DNA from: Trichomonas gallinae
Lineage: Eukaryota
DNA: 20,000 nt
Assembly: GCA_008369845.1 (NCBI GenBank)
Contig: MRSU01011701.1
Location: 51,902-71,901 of the forward strand
Reading direction: 5' to 3'
In this document: positions 1 to 9,807 of the stretch, one piece after another
Layout of the letters: each line of letters starts with the position of its first letter
Position numbering within the stretch: the first letter of the stretch is position 1
Notes under the pieces: model-generated
The model's input: the letters and a program-made list of their open reading frames with translations, nothing else
Database searches by the model: none
What the model was told of the DNA's origin: nothing
Translations under genes and position numbers: made by a program

Positions 1-3000
1 AATGGTTGAGAAGCCATGTGTAAAGCAAGCTGTCGTAGTCGTGGATCTTGTTCTCGATGTAAACCATACCGCAACGAGAAACTGTAGCTGGGGAAGCGAC
101 CTTGAGGTCTTCAACTTCGAAGAACATTCTCATTCTTGGCGTGAGCGGGATAACTTCTGATGATGACAAGCAGAGCTTCTTGTTATCATCGAGCACTGTG
201 TTCATGTTTTCGATCCAAAGGGCATCGACTGGGCCATCCAAAACAATCCAGTGGTGGACTGGAGGTGGCTCAGCTGATGCGAATCTGACAGCATCGGCAA
301 GCAAACCATCTGTGAAGTCGTGTGAGTGTGGATCGAAATCACCGTATAGCTGGCCGAGAGTGATGCTCTTCGGGTTGATAATTGTTGGCTGGACTGGTGA
401 ATACTGAGAATTGTCCTTGCTGAGGATTGTCAGTGCTTCAGCGAGTGTCTCGTAGCAGACTGTCTTACCGCAGCCTGCTGGACCAACAAGCATAACACCG
501 TGACGAACTCCGACTGTTTCGTAAAGTTCGATGGCTTTGTCGATCATTGAGTCTTTGTACCTGTGCTTCTCGCAGACTTGCCTGATTGCAGCGATGAGGT
601 TTGTGTAATCCAAATGCTTCTCCTGGACGTTCGGGAAAAGATCTGAGATGATATTGTTGAATAGTGGCAAATCTTGGCGTGTGAACTTAGGAACGTTAAC
701 ATCTTTGAGAGCTCTGAGAATAATAAGTTGCTCAGACAAATCTTTTTCTCTCTGCAAAAGATTACCCGCTGTGTTGATGACTGTCTTGACGGCACGCATA
801 CCGAAATCGTAGTGGGACTGGTTTGAAAGCTGCTCTGAAGAAAGCCTGAATGTGGATGTGATCTTGACAGCGAGAGATTTGGCTGTTTCGAAGCCGAATG
901 AGTAGAGCAAAATTTCTGCAATCATTGTGTAGTCAGGAACCATCATAGCGACTGGTCTGAACAGTGCCTTCAAGTTATCTGGAAGCTCTGTACGGCCAGC
1001 GTAACCTGGGTTCATTGTGATGAAGATGGCGCATGTTGGATTAAGTCTGACTTCACGGCCTTCGAATGTGAAGTGATGCTTGTGCTGCTGAATGGCAGCT
1101 TGGATTGTTGCAATCTGCTGAGCAATAACTGAAAGAACTTCGATATCAATACGGTTGAATTCATCGAAGCAAGCCCAAGCGCCGCAAGAAGAAAGACCAG
1201 TGAAGAATGTACCCATCTGGAGATAGTCCAAACCTTCAGAGCAGTTGAAGACGACGCATTGCTTAGCGACGACTTTAGCTAGATCTTTAGTTGTTTCTGT
1301 TTTACCTGTACCAGCTGGGCCCTGAGGAGCACCACCCATTTGCATATCAAGAGCTGTCAAGAGTGTCAAGTAGCATCTGTCTGTAAGTGGTGTGATAACG
1401 AGACGAGGTGTAGAGCCCAAATATTCGTAGCCGTATCTGAACTCAGCGTTAACCATGCGGATGACATCATAACCGTTGACGAAGTATTGTCTGAGCTGAG
1501 AGATCCACTCGAACTGGTTAATGTCTGTGATGTTCTGGTCAGCAAGTTTCTTCACGACATCTCTGTTATGCATTTCCATAACGATGAGAGATGACACTGT
1601 GATTCTTGCGATGTCTGATAAATTGGTTGTTGTGAGTTTAGCGAGTTCGAGAAGCTGACTAAAGATTGTGTCGTAGAGTTGCTTGAGAGATTTGTTCTTA
1701 ATTGCATGTTCGACGGCTGATGTCCACATGATCTGGAAGACTGCGATTGTGATTTGCGCTGGCCAGACATCTATCCACTCTGTTCTTCCTTTCGTGTGAT
1801 ATTCTGTGACAGCGACTTCCATGATCTTCTCCAAAGTGTTCCTCATCTCGTTCTCGACGTCAAGCATCCAGTGCTCGACAGAACCTGTGAGATTTGTCGG
1901 TTTGCTGAATGGAACGACTTCTCCTTCGATTGAGATCATCTCTGTGACACAGTCTGTGCCCTGGAATGTGATAGATCCAATGTTCTCGAAGCATCTCTTG
2001 AGGTAAGGTTGTACAGCTGATGGCGAAGTTGTCTGTGACAAAATCTTGAGAAGTTCTTCGTTGGACAAGAAGTAGAATCTTGGGAAAGCTGTTCTCTTTG
2101 TTTCCAAGTATTCGATAAGTGCTCTTTCAATTGATTCGAGTTCAACAAGTGCGTGCTTGAAGAACTGGAAGAGTTCGTTATCATTACAGAACTTGTAAGC
2201 GTTCTGCAGCTCTTTGGCCTTCTTGAGAGATGTATCCCAGTCCTCAGCGATCTTCTGGAATCTGATGCCTTCATTAGGAAGCTGGTGGCAGATATCTTTC
2301 GATGAAAAGATTGGCGCAAGATATAAATACTTGGCCTGGCATTCGAGCCACTTTTCTATGACGTGTAAAGTGAGCTGGAGACCAGTTGTCCATGTTGTGA
2401 TCTCTTCTTCGAATGGAGCTTTGTACTGCGAGAAGTTAATGGCTTGCAATGTGATAAGGTTTTCATCGAGCTGGTTGATGATGTCTTCGCATGTGTGCAA
2501 AATGAGCCAGTCCGTTTCCTTGTAGTTTGTGATGTCCAAGACTGTTTCTCCCCACTGGTCTGCAATCTTCTTGAGTGATGTCTTGATATTGTGCTCGTTT
2601 GTGGCAGCTGTGGAAATTTCTTGAGCGTTCGCAATATGATCTGCGAGCTTCATTTCGATTGTGTTTTGGAGAGTCATTGTTGGCGTCAATGTAATGTTTG
2701 CGCCGACTAAGTCGCAGAGCTGCTTCCAGTGCTTTTCTGTCATACCTGGGTTGAGCATGATCGAGAAGATTGGCAAGAACTTCTTGAATCCATCCATCTC
2801 GGTTCTCGTCGCCTGTCCTATAGCTAAGATTTCCTTGTCTGTAATAACACGTGAAGATTGAACGAGCTGCTGCTGGATGCCAGCGAATTGAGATTCAACA
2901 TCAGAAGCATTTAATTGAGAAAGTGGAACTTTTCTCCATTTCTCGACTGATGTCTTCCAGTTTGAAATTGCTTCCCAGAACATCTTGTAAGGAGCGAATG

Positions 3001-5494
3001 CCTCTTGCTGTGACTTGAGCTGCGAGTAATTTGAAATTTCCATGTCGCAAAGTTTCTCTCTCATGTTGTAAAGCTCTGCCTTTTCAAGAGCTTCATCGAG
3101 CTTTGTCTGGATGCCTCTAACTCTCGCCACGTAGCTCATGTGCTGATTTATGTCGTTGAAAGCGAAGACGCCAGCAATGGCTGATGTAATAGATGTGATC
3201 TGGGATGTGAGCATCATCGTGTCGCACTGCAATGCCTTCTGGAGCTTGACTTTGTTGACCTTGAGAGTGTTTGAAACTTCTGTTGCTTTGTTCAAAATCT
3301 TCTTCTCGTAGCCGACGAGCTCCCATCTTAATGAATCTTGTTCATCAGGAATTGATACGTACATGTCTTCAACTGTATCCAGATACTTGAGAACCTCACC
3401 GAACTGCTTCTTTAATTCCGCTAGGTTTCTGTTGAGGTTTTCGATGAAATCTCTTTGGTTAACCAAGGCTTCGATGGTCTTTGGTTCTTCGAGGAGTTTC
3501 GCCCAGATCTGCTCATAAGACTTCTGTATTTCCTTCATCTGCTGGTGAGAAACAGTGAGAAGGAGCTGCAAAAGAGCCAAACGACGCTCAGCAAGTTTTT
3601 GATGCAATGTCTTTCTGATGTTTGTCAAATCGATTCTGAACAAGCCAATAGTTATCTTGAACGGGAAATTAAGATGAAGTTCCTTCTGTTGGCTCTCAAC
3701 TTTAGCGATTGCAGCCTTGACTTTATCTAAATCTGCTTCTGAATCCTTAAGTTTGTTCGCGAAATCTGTCGCTGAGCCTTTAAGAAGTTCGTCGAAAGTC
3801 GCCAAAGATTCAACGTATTCGTTCATGTGCTTTATTGACTCATCAATCATTGATTTGAGTGAGTTCTTGAGCCCGATGACTTCCTTTGACTCCAAGTCAG
3901 GTAATGTATAGACTGGAACCGGTGTCCACATCATGGCCTTAAGGACAGATGTTTCAATCTTCTGGAAATCTTCGAACGAAGAAATCGCGTATTCTATTTC
4001 TTCATTCACAGCTGCAGTGAAGTATTCTAACTGCGGCTGGAACTTTACTTCTCCCTCGACGCACTCGAGGAACACTGTGAATATCGGCGTGTGCTCTTCG
4101 TTCGTCGGGAAAACGTTTTCAACTTTTCTAAAATCAACGACGTTGACAGAAGTTGGCGTTTTTTCCTTGACGTAGTTTTCGAACCAGTAAATAGAGTTAA
4201 GAATGAAATCGACGAGGTGGCTCTGGATGATTTGGTTGCAGAGACCAATGAAACGGCCAAGCGGAGACTCGAGATAAATTGCTTTATTAAATTCGGTAAG
4301 TGAATATGGTGGTTTGATGTTTCTGATAACGTCGAAGATAATTGTTGAAACTTGTGAAATGAATTTCATTCTTGCTTTGCTAATCATGTTCTTTTCGTAA
4401 TTACGGTGATGTCTTTGCCATTGATCGAGTGGAAGAGCCTGTGGGCAGATTGTATTAAATAAGCAGCTGTTTGAAATATCCAAACACCATGAAACAATGA
4501 TTGGTGCAGCATTAACAAACCAATCATTGGTAAACAAATGGATTTGCTGAATTGTTTTGATCTTTTCTTTGATAATGAGATCTCCATCTGTAGATGGTGT
4601 CGGAATTTCTTCAATAGAACCAGGCAATCTCGGTAATGGAAGATTTAATCCACGATATAGCAACGGATTTGATAGAATACGCATATTGAATATGATTGAG
4701 TTCGTGACCATTTTCATTTGTGTGTCAACTTCATCTAATATTTTCTTGCTGAATTCGTATTTTGATCCATTTTTCGCGAATGTCTTGAATTTTGGCGACT
4801 TTGTGATTGTTGTAAGCAGCCTGTTACGGTCACTCTGCGTAAGAGACTGCAAATCATCGGATGGAATATTCTTAACGTATAACCAATATCTAAACCATGA
4901 TTCTTCGAGTCTGCGAAGTGCAAATGCGCGCTCGAGTCTGTCAACGAATGCTACAGGATCCTCGAATGGAAATAGCACGAATAAAGGCGATAATAAAGCG
5001 CTTTTTCCATCTCTAAATCTAACATTGTATAATCCAGTTGCTGCCTGATAAGCAATATCAGTGACGTATTCAAGCATTGCTACACCCTTGTAGAAGCGAA
5101 AAGCTTGAGGAGGAACTTCTTTTAGCATTCCAAGCATCACTTCCGGCTGCAATGGCGCGAGCATTGTATCTTCGAAGTATTTAATATCGAGGAAAGACTG
5201 GAATTGAATATTTGTATCCCATAAATTGCTTGGTTTTGATAAATCGATACCTCTGCGCTTTAATTCTGCGATAACATCGATTGGTTTTCCTTTATATGGG
5301 AAGAATAAGTTCGCTTTTGGCATTTGAAGCGGTTCTGTGATGAAGATTCCAAGAGATTTATAATCTGGAACTTCTTGGTGAAGAGCTTCAGAAAAAGGAT
5401 TAACATATTTACGTTTATGTGGATCGTTCTGTCCATTGCTTCCCTTGTTAGATCCATTAGGATCGGAAAGAGAAGATAAAACAGTTCGATACAT
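1..5494 (-). CDS. Axonemal dynein heavy chain, 5' part (tail, linker, AAA1, AAA2), probably single-headed inner-arm DNAH1-like; continues beyond the left window edge
   Basis: Manual minus-strand translation from ATG at 5494 (MYRTVLSSLSDPNG...) is in the same frame as the window end (...MFFEVEDLKVASPATVSRCGMVYIENK...). Motifs: AAA1 P-loop GGAPQGPAGTGKTETTKDLAK (~1280-1340), CVVFNCSEGLDY, WACFDEFNRI (~1150-1180), AAA2 RHGVMLVGPAGCGKT (~460-505), WIVLDGPVDALWIENMNTVLDDNKKLCL (~175-255). The N-terminal FPFEDPVAFVDRLERAFALRRLEESWFRY resembles DNAH1-type N-termini (from memory). The ORF track lists no stop-terminated ORF in this frame, consistent with it being open to the edge. Confidence 0.97.
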   Translation of the reverse strand, partial: MYRTVLSSLSDPNGSNKGSNGQNDPHKRKYVNPFSEALHQEVPDYKSLGIFITEPLQMPKANLFFPYKGKPIDVIAELKRRGIDLSKPSNLWDTNIQFQSFLDIKYFEDTMLAPLQPEVMLGMLKEVPPQAFRFYKGVAMLEYVTDIAYQAATGLYNVRFRDGKSALLSPLFVLFPFEDPVAFVDRLERAFALRRLEESWFRYWLYVKNIPSDDLQSLTQSDRNRLLTTITKSPKFKTFAKNGSKYEFSKKILDEVDTQMKMVTNSIIFNMRILSNPLLYRGLNLPLPRLPGSIEEIPTPSTDGDLIIKEKIKTIQQIHLFTNDWFVNAAPIIVSWCLDISNSCLFNTICPQALPLDQWQRHHRNYEKNMISKARMKFISQVSTIIFDVIRNIKPPYSLTEFNKAIYLESPLGRFIGLCNQIIQSHLVDFILNSIYWFENYVKEKTPTSVNVVDFRKVENVFPTNEEHTPIFTVFLECVEGEVKFQPQLEYFTAAVNEEIEYAISSFEDFQKIETSVLKAMMWTPVPVYTLPDLESKEVIGLKNSLKSMIDESIKHMNEYVESLATFDELLKGSATDFANKLKDSEADLDKVKAAIAKVESQQKELHLNFPFKITIGLFRIDLTNIRKTLHQKLAERRLALLQLLLTVSHQQMKEIQKSYEQIWAKLLEEPKTIEALVNQRDFIENLNRNLAELKKQFGEVLKYLDTVEDMYVSIPDEQDSLRWELVGYEKKILNKATEVSNTLKVNKVKLQKALQCDTMMLTSQITSITSAIAGVFAFNDINQHMSYVARVRGIQTKLDEALEKAELYNMREKLCDMEISNYSQLKSQQEAFAPYKMFWEAISNWKTSVEKWRKVPLSQLNASDVESQFAGIQQQLVQSSRVITDKEILAIGQATRTEMDGFKKFLPIFSIMLNPGMTEKHWKQLCDLVGANITLTPTMTLQNTIEMKLADHIANAQEISTAATNEHNIKTSLKKIADQWGETVLDITNYKETDWLILHTCEDIINQLDENLITLQAINFSQYKAPFEEEITTWTTGLQLTLHVIEKWLECQAKYLYLAPIFSSKDICHQLPNEGIRFQKIAEDWDTSLKKAKELQNAYKFCNDNELFQFFKHALVELESIERALIEYLETKRTAFPRFYFLSNEELLKILSQTTSPSAVQPYLKRCFENIGSITFQGTDCVTEMISIEGEVVPFSKPTNLTGSVEHWMLDVENEMRNTLEKIMEVAVTEYHTKGRTEWIDVWPAQITIAVFQIMWTSAVEHAIKNKSLKQLYDTIFSQLLELAKLTTTNLSDIARITVSSLIVMEMHNRDVVKKLADQNITDINQFEWISQLRQYFVNGYDVIRMVNAEFRYGYEYLGSTPRLVITPLTDRCYLTLLTALDMQMGGAPQGPAGTGKTETTKDLAKVVAKQCVVFNCSEGLDYLQMGTFFTGLSSCGAWACFDEFNRIDIEVLSVIAQQIATIQAAIQQHKHHFTFEGREVRLNPTCAIFITMNPGYAGRTELPDNLKALFRPVAMMVPDYTMIAEILLYSFGFETAKSLAVKITSTFRLSSEQLSNQSHYDFGMRAVKTVINTAGNLLQREKDLSEQLIILRALKDVNVPKFTRQDLPLFNNIISDLFPNVQEKHLDYTNLIAAIRQVCEKHRYKDSMIDKAIELYETVGVRHGVMLVGPAGCGKTVCYETLAEALTILSKDNSQYSPVQPTIINPKSITLGQLYGDFDPHSHDFTDGLLADAVRFASAEPPPVHHWIVLDGPVDALWIENMNTVLDDNKKLCLSSSEVIPLTPRMRMFFEVEDLKVASPATVSRCGMVYIENKIHDYDSLLYTWLLNH

Positions 5495-5572
5495 ACAAAT
5501 AACGAACCTGGGGTAATTTGAAAAAAAGGGTAAATTTTTTTACAACTTTTTTTGCTTTTTTCTCACTAAATA

Positions 5573-5808
5573 AACCGACAACCAATGATTTTGTTCTTAT
5601 TTTTAGATATAAAAATATTCATATTTTAATATATATTAACTGAAATTCATATAATATCATTATATTAAATTTTTTAATCAAAAATTAATCGACAACATAT
5701 CATTTTGTTTTATTTTTATATATAAAATTAATCATATTTTAATATTTACTAAGTGAAATTTAGATAATATCATAATATTAAAATTTTTAATCAAAATTTA
5801 ATCGACAA
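5573..5808. repeat. Imperfect AT-rich tandem duplication, unit ~114 bp, 2 copies plus the start of a third
   Basis: CGACAA recurs at 5576, 5690 and 5803. Shared blocks: ATTTTGTT..TATTTTTA.ATATAAAA, TCATATTTTAATAT, TGAAATT.A.ATAATATCAT.ATATTAAA.TTTTTAATCAAAA.TTAATCGACAA. Confidence 0.85.
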
Positions 5809-5965
5809 ATGCATAATATTTTTGGATATTTTTAATTAATTGCTAAAATAGATTTTAATATATTATTCCCATTCGAAAAATAATTTAATGATTCCCGAAA
5901 AAAACAAAAAAATTAAAAAATGATAATAAAAAATGAATGATTTATGGTTTAATATATAGAATTTT

Positions 5966-8398
5966 ATGAGTAATGAAGGAGAAGTTGAGCGAGTTATAGT
6001 TAGTTTGATTCAGCAAACATTTGATGTACATAGTGATGATACTCATGTTCACGAGGCAGAGCATTTAGTTGAAAATATGGAAAAAAATCAAGAATATTTC
6101 TCAGCATTCGTTCAAATTGCAATAAACACAACGTACTCTATCAATATAAGACGTTCATCGTTGCTTTACATCATGAAATTCATTCGCGAATTTGGCCTTG
6201 TATATGATTTCCAGATTTTAGCACAAATAATCAATGATTCAGTCGATTTTGTACGAATATATCAAAAATTGGCTGATATTTTTATCATTTACATTGACAA
6301 AAATTACATTTTTCAATCAATCTTACAAAACTTTAACGAAGAACACATATTTCCATGCTTATATCTAGCAGCATCCTTTTCCGCAATGTTTAGCAATACT
6401 TTAAAGGATCCATTTTATCCTCCTTTCATTGATCAAATTATTCCTTTAATTTTACAAGTTTATCAAATGCAACATCCAATAATCAAATATTTGTGTCATT
6501 TGGTATTCGAGAGATGCTTATTTATTAAAGATGAAAGCTCTTTTTCAAATCAAGAAATATTACAATCATTGGTAAATATTTCTTTAACATTTGATATTAG
6601 TGAGAGCACATTATTTCCTGATGAACTGTTTTACTCGAAAATGTCAATGCTTTCATCATTATTGCAAATGAATTTACCAATTAACTTGAATATTCACGAG
6701 TTTTCACAGCATATTTTACACATATTCGGGATTTCCAATATAATCTGCCCATTATATTATCCAATTTACATATATTTTGATGATGAAAATTTAAGATCAA
6801 CAATAACAGAAGAATTTTTTCAGTTCTTTTTAGAGTTAGTGTATTTTCCAGTATTAGATCAATATCTACTACAAGTTGATGAAAGTTTCTATGGATATTC
6901 TTTATTTTCGTTTTCAGAAAACACATTTACCAAGAATTGGAGTGATCCAGTGACTGCATCGTCATCAATAGCAGAGAAAATATTCAAAAAATACGAGTTT
7001 TCCGTTGTTACACCTAAAATAATTCAATTAATGACGAATTTTACGGGTGAAAACGCGAGATTGCTTATAATTGCAATGTGGTTCTTAAGTAAATCAGCAC
7101 AGTACGTTGAAAATCAGTCAATTTCTCTTCTATTGCCTTTAATTGAAAACTTTTTATCTTCAGATTCAGTTCATGCTCATAATGCTGCATATTTATTCAT
7201 ATCAGAAGTCGGGCAGTCTCAAATGCAGAATATCCTCAAGTTTCCATGCGATTTCGTTGGTTCTGTATTAAATGAATCAATAGATTCGAATACACCTGAA
7301 GAAGTTCGATGTTTTGCATTAAATGCAATTCCACACATCATAGCGAATCTAACAGAAGAAGAAAAATCAGCTGTTTCTTCAGAATTAAGCATTATTGATA
7401 TCTTAAGTCTATTAATACAAAACTATTGCGAAAAAGAGTCAGACACAACTCTTTCTTCATGCAAAAATCTTATTAAATTCTTCCCAGAAGTTATAAATAC
7501 TGAAGGATTCACAGATATTTTCACAAATTTCACTGAATTGCTAGAAAACTCAATATACAATGAGAAATGGAATGCTTCTCGCCTGCTATCGTCAACAATT
7601 GCTTTAATAGTCAAATTTAACGAAAATAATTCTGATTTCATTTCAACAATGATTGATTACATAAATCATATAGTAACAAGCTACATACAGTCAAATGCGC
7701 TAGATTCCATCTTCACAATCACAGAATCTCTGTTTAGTATTTTAGATCAAAATAATTTCCAAAAATCATATGAAATGATTGTAGTTTTATTTGATATTCT
7801 ACAAAGTGAAGAGTGTAAACTTGTAATAGCTGAGTTTTCACAATCAATAATCAATTTCATTCATAGAATCAACAAAGAATGCGCAAAAGTTACGGAATTG
7901 CTTGTAAAGGCCAATAGTATTTTAGAAAATGGACCGAATGAAGTAGGACCAGTATCAACAGCAACAGAAATCATTGCTTCATTCTTTTTAAATCTCGGAA
8001 AAGATTTTTTCCAGCTTTATTCGCCGGATAACATAGTTAGGCTAATTACAATACTTGCAGAAAATAATATTCTCAATGATTGCACACTTTTTATCACTTC
8101 TATTTTGATTAATTTTCCAGAAATCCTTCGAACTGATTTAAGATCAAATATTTTAGATGCATGGACATCGCAAGTCATGCAAGTGATTCCATTTTTCGAT
8201 GTTGCAGTGTCGATCAAGCATTTATTGAATGAAAGCGAAATAGAAAATGTTTATATCACTGCAAAAGAGTTGATCGAATCTAGTATCGAATTTGGAGATG
8301 ACATAGATGACGAAAATAGAATGCAATGGCCATGGTTTACTTCAAATAAAACTGTTGCAATTCAGAATTTCCAAAACGCTTATGGACCATTATCATAA
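5966..8398 (+). CDS. ARM/HEAT-repeat alpha-solenoid protein, probably a divergent importin-beta/karyopherin family member (810 aa)
   Basis: Long ORF, acidic and helix-like. The N-terminus (LIQQTFD...HEAEHLVENMEKNQEYFSAFVQIAINTTYSINIRRSSLLYIMKFI) matches the importin-beta N-terminal pattern (AE..L......F...L..I......R..A....K). HEAT-like segments LPLIENFLSSDSVHAHNAAYLFISEV and EEVRCFALNAIPHII. The stop codon overlaps TAAA. Confidence 0.7.
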   Translation: MSNEGEVERVIVSLIQQTFDVHSDDTHVHEAEHLVENMEKNQEYFSAFVQIAINTTYSINIRRSSLLYIMKFIREFGLVYDFQILAQIINDSVDFVRIYQKLADIFIIYIDKNYIFQSILQNFNEEHIFPCLYLAASFSAMFSNTLKDPFYPPFIDQIIPLILQVYQMQHPIIKYLCHLVFERCLFIKDESSFSNQEILQSLVNISLTFDISESTLFPDELFYSKMSMLSSLLQMNLPINLNIHEFSQHILHIFGISNIICPLYYPIYIYFDDENLRSTITEEFFQFFLELVYFPVLDQYLLQVDESFYGYSLFSFSENTFTKNWSDPVTASSSIAEKIFKKYEFSVVTPKIIQLMTNFTGENARLLIIAMWFLSKSAQYVENQSISLLLPLIENFLSSDSVHAHNAAYLFISEVGQSQMQNILKFPCDFVGSVLNESIDSNTPEEVRCFALNAIPHIIANLTEEEKSAVSSELSIIDILSLLIQNYCEKESDTTLSSCKNLIKFFPEVINTEGFTDIFTNFTELLENSIYNEKWNASRLLSSTIALIVKFNENNSDFISTMIDYINHIVTSYIQSNALDSIFTITESLFSILDQNNFQKSYEMIVVLFDILQSEECKLVIAEFSQSIINFIHRINKECAKVTELLVKANSILENGPNEVGPVSTATEIIASFFLNLGKDFFQLYSPDNIVRLITILAENNILNDCTLFITSILINFPEILRTDLRSNILDAWTSQVMQVIPFFDVAVSIKHLLNESEIENVYITAKELIESSIEFGDDIDDENRMQWPWFTSNKTVAIQNFQNAYGPLS

Positions 8399-8893
8399 AC
8401 ATCCATATGGATGTACAAGTCATATTATTCTATATATATTATTTGTTTGTAAATAAATTAGATTTATATAATTTATTTGTATTATTACTATTTCAACATA
8501 ATAATTTAAGCAGATTTCCTATATATAGTTATGTTAATGATCTTATTTTCTTCTAATTAGTTTTATATAGAAAAGTCAAATAAAATATCTTTTTTTATTA
8601 GGTATTATATAGTAATTTTGTAATATATTTCCTATATCATTAAATGATAAATTCATTTTGTTATAAATCGAAGATAAATTTAATCTTGGAATACAATTTC
8701 ATCGACATTTCAGGATATTTATATTTGCAATATAAAACACTACTATTTTCTAGATGGTATTAATACTTAAAATGAATCAAAAATGTTTGGAAATATGATT
8801 GGGGAATTTATTCGGCCTTTCTATGAAAGGAAAAATATGCTATTATGTACAGAAATAAGATCACCAAAATAACGTTTACTAAAACTAACTAAA

Positions 8894-9166
8894 TCATCCG
8901 CACTTCCAGAGCTGAACGGCAACCTGACCGATATAGAAGTAGATGAAATGCTTAGTCTCGTGGGTGACGAAGGAGCCAAATGAGCGGCCGACGACGCAGT
9001 GCCATGTTGGGTTGTATGTCTTGTCAAACTCTTTCTTGATGTAGGAAGCAATATCTTTCTCAATGTTGAAGGAATCGAGGGCCTGGATGGCTGTATCGAT
9101 GGCCTTCTGCTGCATTTCGTCGGACATATCGACGTTCTTGACTACAGCGCGCTTGTCTTGAGTCAT
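8894..9166 (-). CDS. LC8: Dynein light chain LC8 (type 1), 90 aa
   Basis: Near-canonical LC8 sequence: [18 protein letters not shown]...[47 protein letters not shown]-ending codons are frequent, suggesting high expression. Confidence 0.98.
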   Translation of the reverse strand: MTQDKRAVVKNVDMSDEMQQKAIDTAIQALDSFNIEKDIASYIKKEFDKTYNPTWHCVVGRSFGSFVTHETKHFIYFYIGQVAVQLWKCG

Positions 9167-9173
9167 TCGATAA

Positions 9174-9179
9174 AAGTGA
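9174..9179 (-). promoter_or_regulatory. Initiator (Inr) element TCACTT of the LC8 gene
   Basis: The minus strand reads ...gattTCACTTttatcgaATG. This matches the trichomonad Inr consensus TCAYTW, 7 nt before the ATG. Confidence 0.75.
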
Positions 9180-9316
9180 AATCAGATAATACGTTATTTC
9201 ATTTTTTTTATAAACGAACAAAACTGTTTCCAAAACGCGATTATTTAGTCGCATAATGGGAATGGCTTCGTGGGCTAAAAATACAACAAAAAGTTATCCT
9301 TACAACAAAAAACAGA

Positions 9317-9575
9317 TTTTTGACATTCTGACTTTTTGACACGTAAATATCATATATCACCAATGGTATTTCATATTCAACAACAAGCCTCTAGTGCCCG
9401 GTCACTTCACACTCAAGTTACCGAATGCGCAATATAACCCTAATGGTTTATCATATTTTTGACATTCTGACTTTTGACACGTAACATTCATATATCGTCA
9501 ATGGACATGATCAAAAAGCCTATAGTGCTCGACCATATCGCACTCAAATTACCAAATGCGCAATTCAACCTAATG
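9317..9575. repeat. Imperfect tandem duplication, period ~139 bp, 2 copies (9317-9445 and 9456-9575)
   Basis: Both copies start TTTTTGACATTCTGACTTTT(T)GACACGTAA and share CATATATC..CAATGG, AAGCCT.TAGTGC.CG, CACTCAA.TTACC.AATGCGCAAT and AACC(C)TAATG. Confidence 0.9.
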
Positions 9576-9807
9576 CAGATTTTTATAATAACATAAAAAC
9601 ACATTGTCTACATCCCAATAAAGCATTTTTCGAGGAATTCAACTATCGGAACACAAGATTCTAATCAGGCTATTTAAACTATGCCATTATATATTTTACT
9701 TTAATATACAACAACTTTTTATTTTTTGGAATATAATGAACAGACAATATTATATTTTTGAAAATATGTTGTTCAAAATAATCAAAAATGATAAACTTAA
9801 AAATTTT

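Noticed and set aside
102..5457. About 20 short ORFs on both strands in the ORF track
   Set aside because: They are antisense or out-of-frame shadows of the dynein heavy chain CDS with no recognisable motifs.
8510..8670. Weak recurrence of ATTTCCTATAT...AATGAT...ATTTT about 110 bp apart
   Set aside because: Too low-complexity to distinguish from chance by eye. It could be a fourth, older doublet.
8821..9256. Three alternative ORFs overlapping LC8
   Set aside because: Out-of-frame or antisense to a highly conserved gene, with no independent support.
9317..9575. Possible tandem C/D snoRNAs (CTGA present) or a CRISPR-like array
   Set aside because: No RTGATGA box C on either strand. There are only two long units with no repeat-spacer structure, no cas genes, and the context is eukaryotic.
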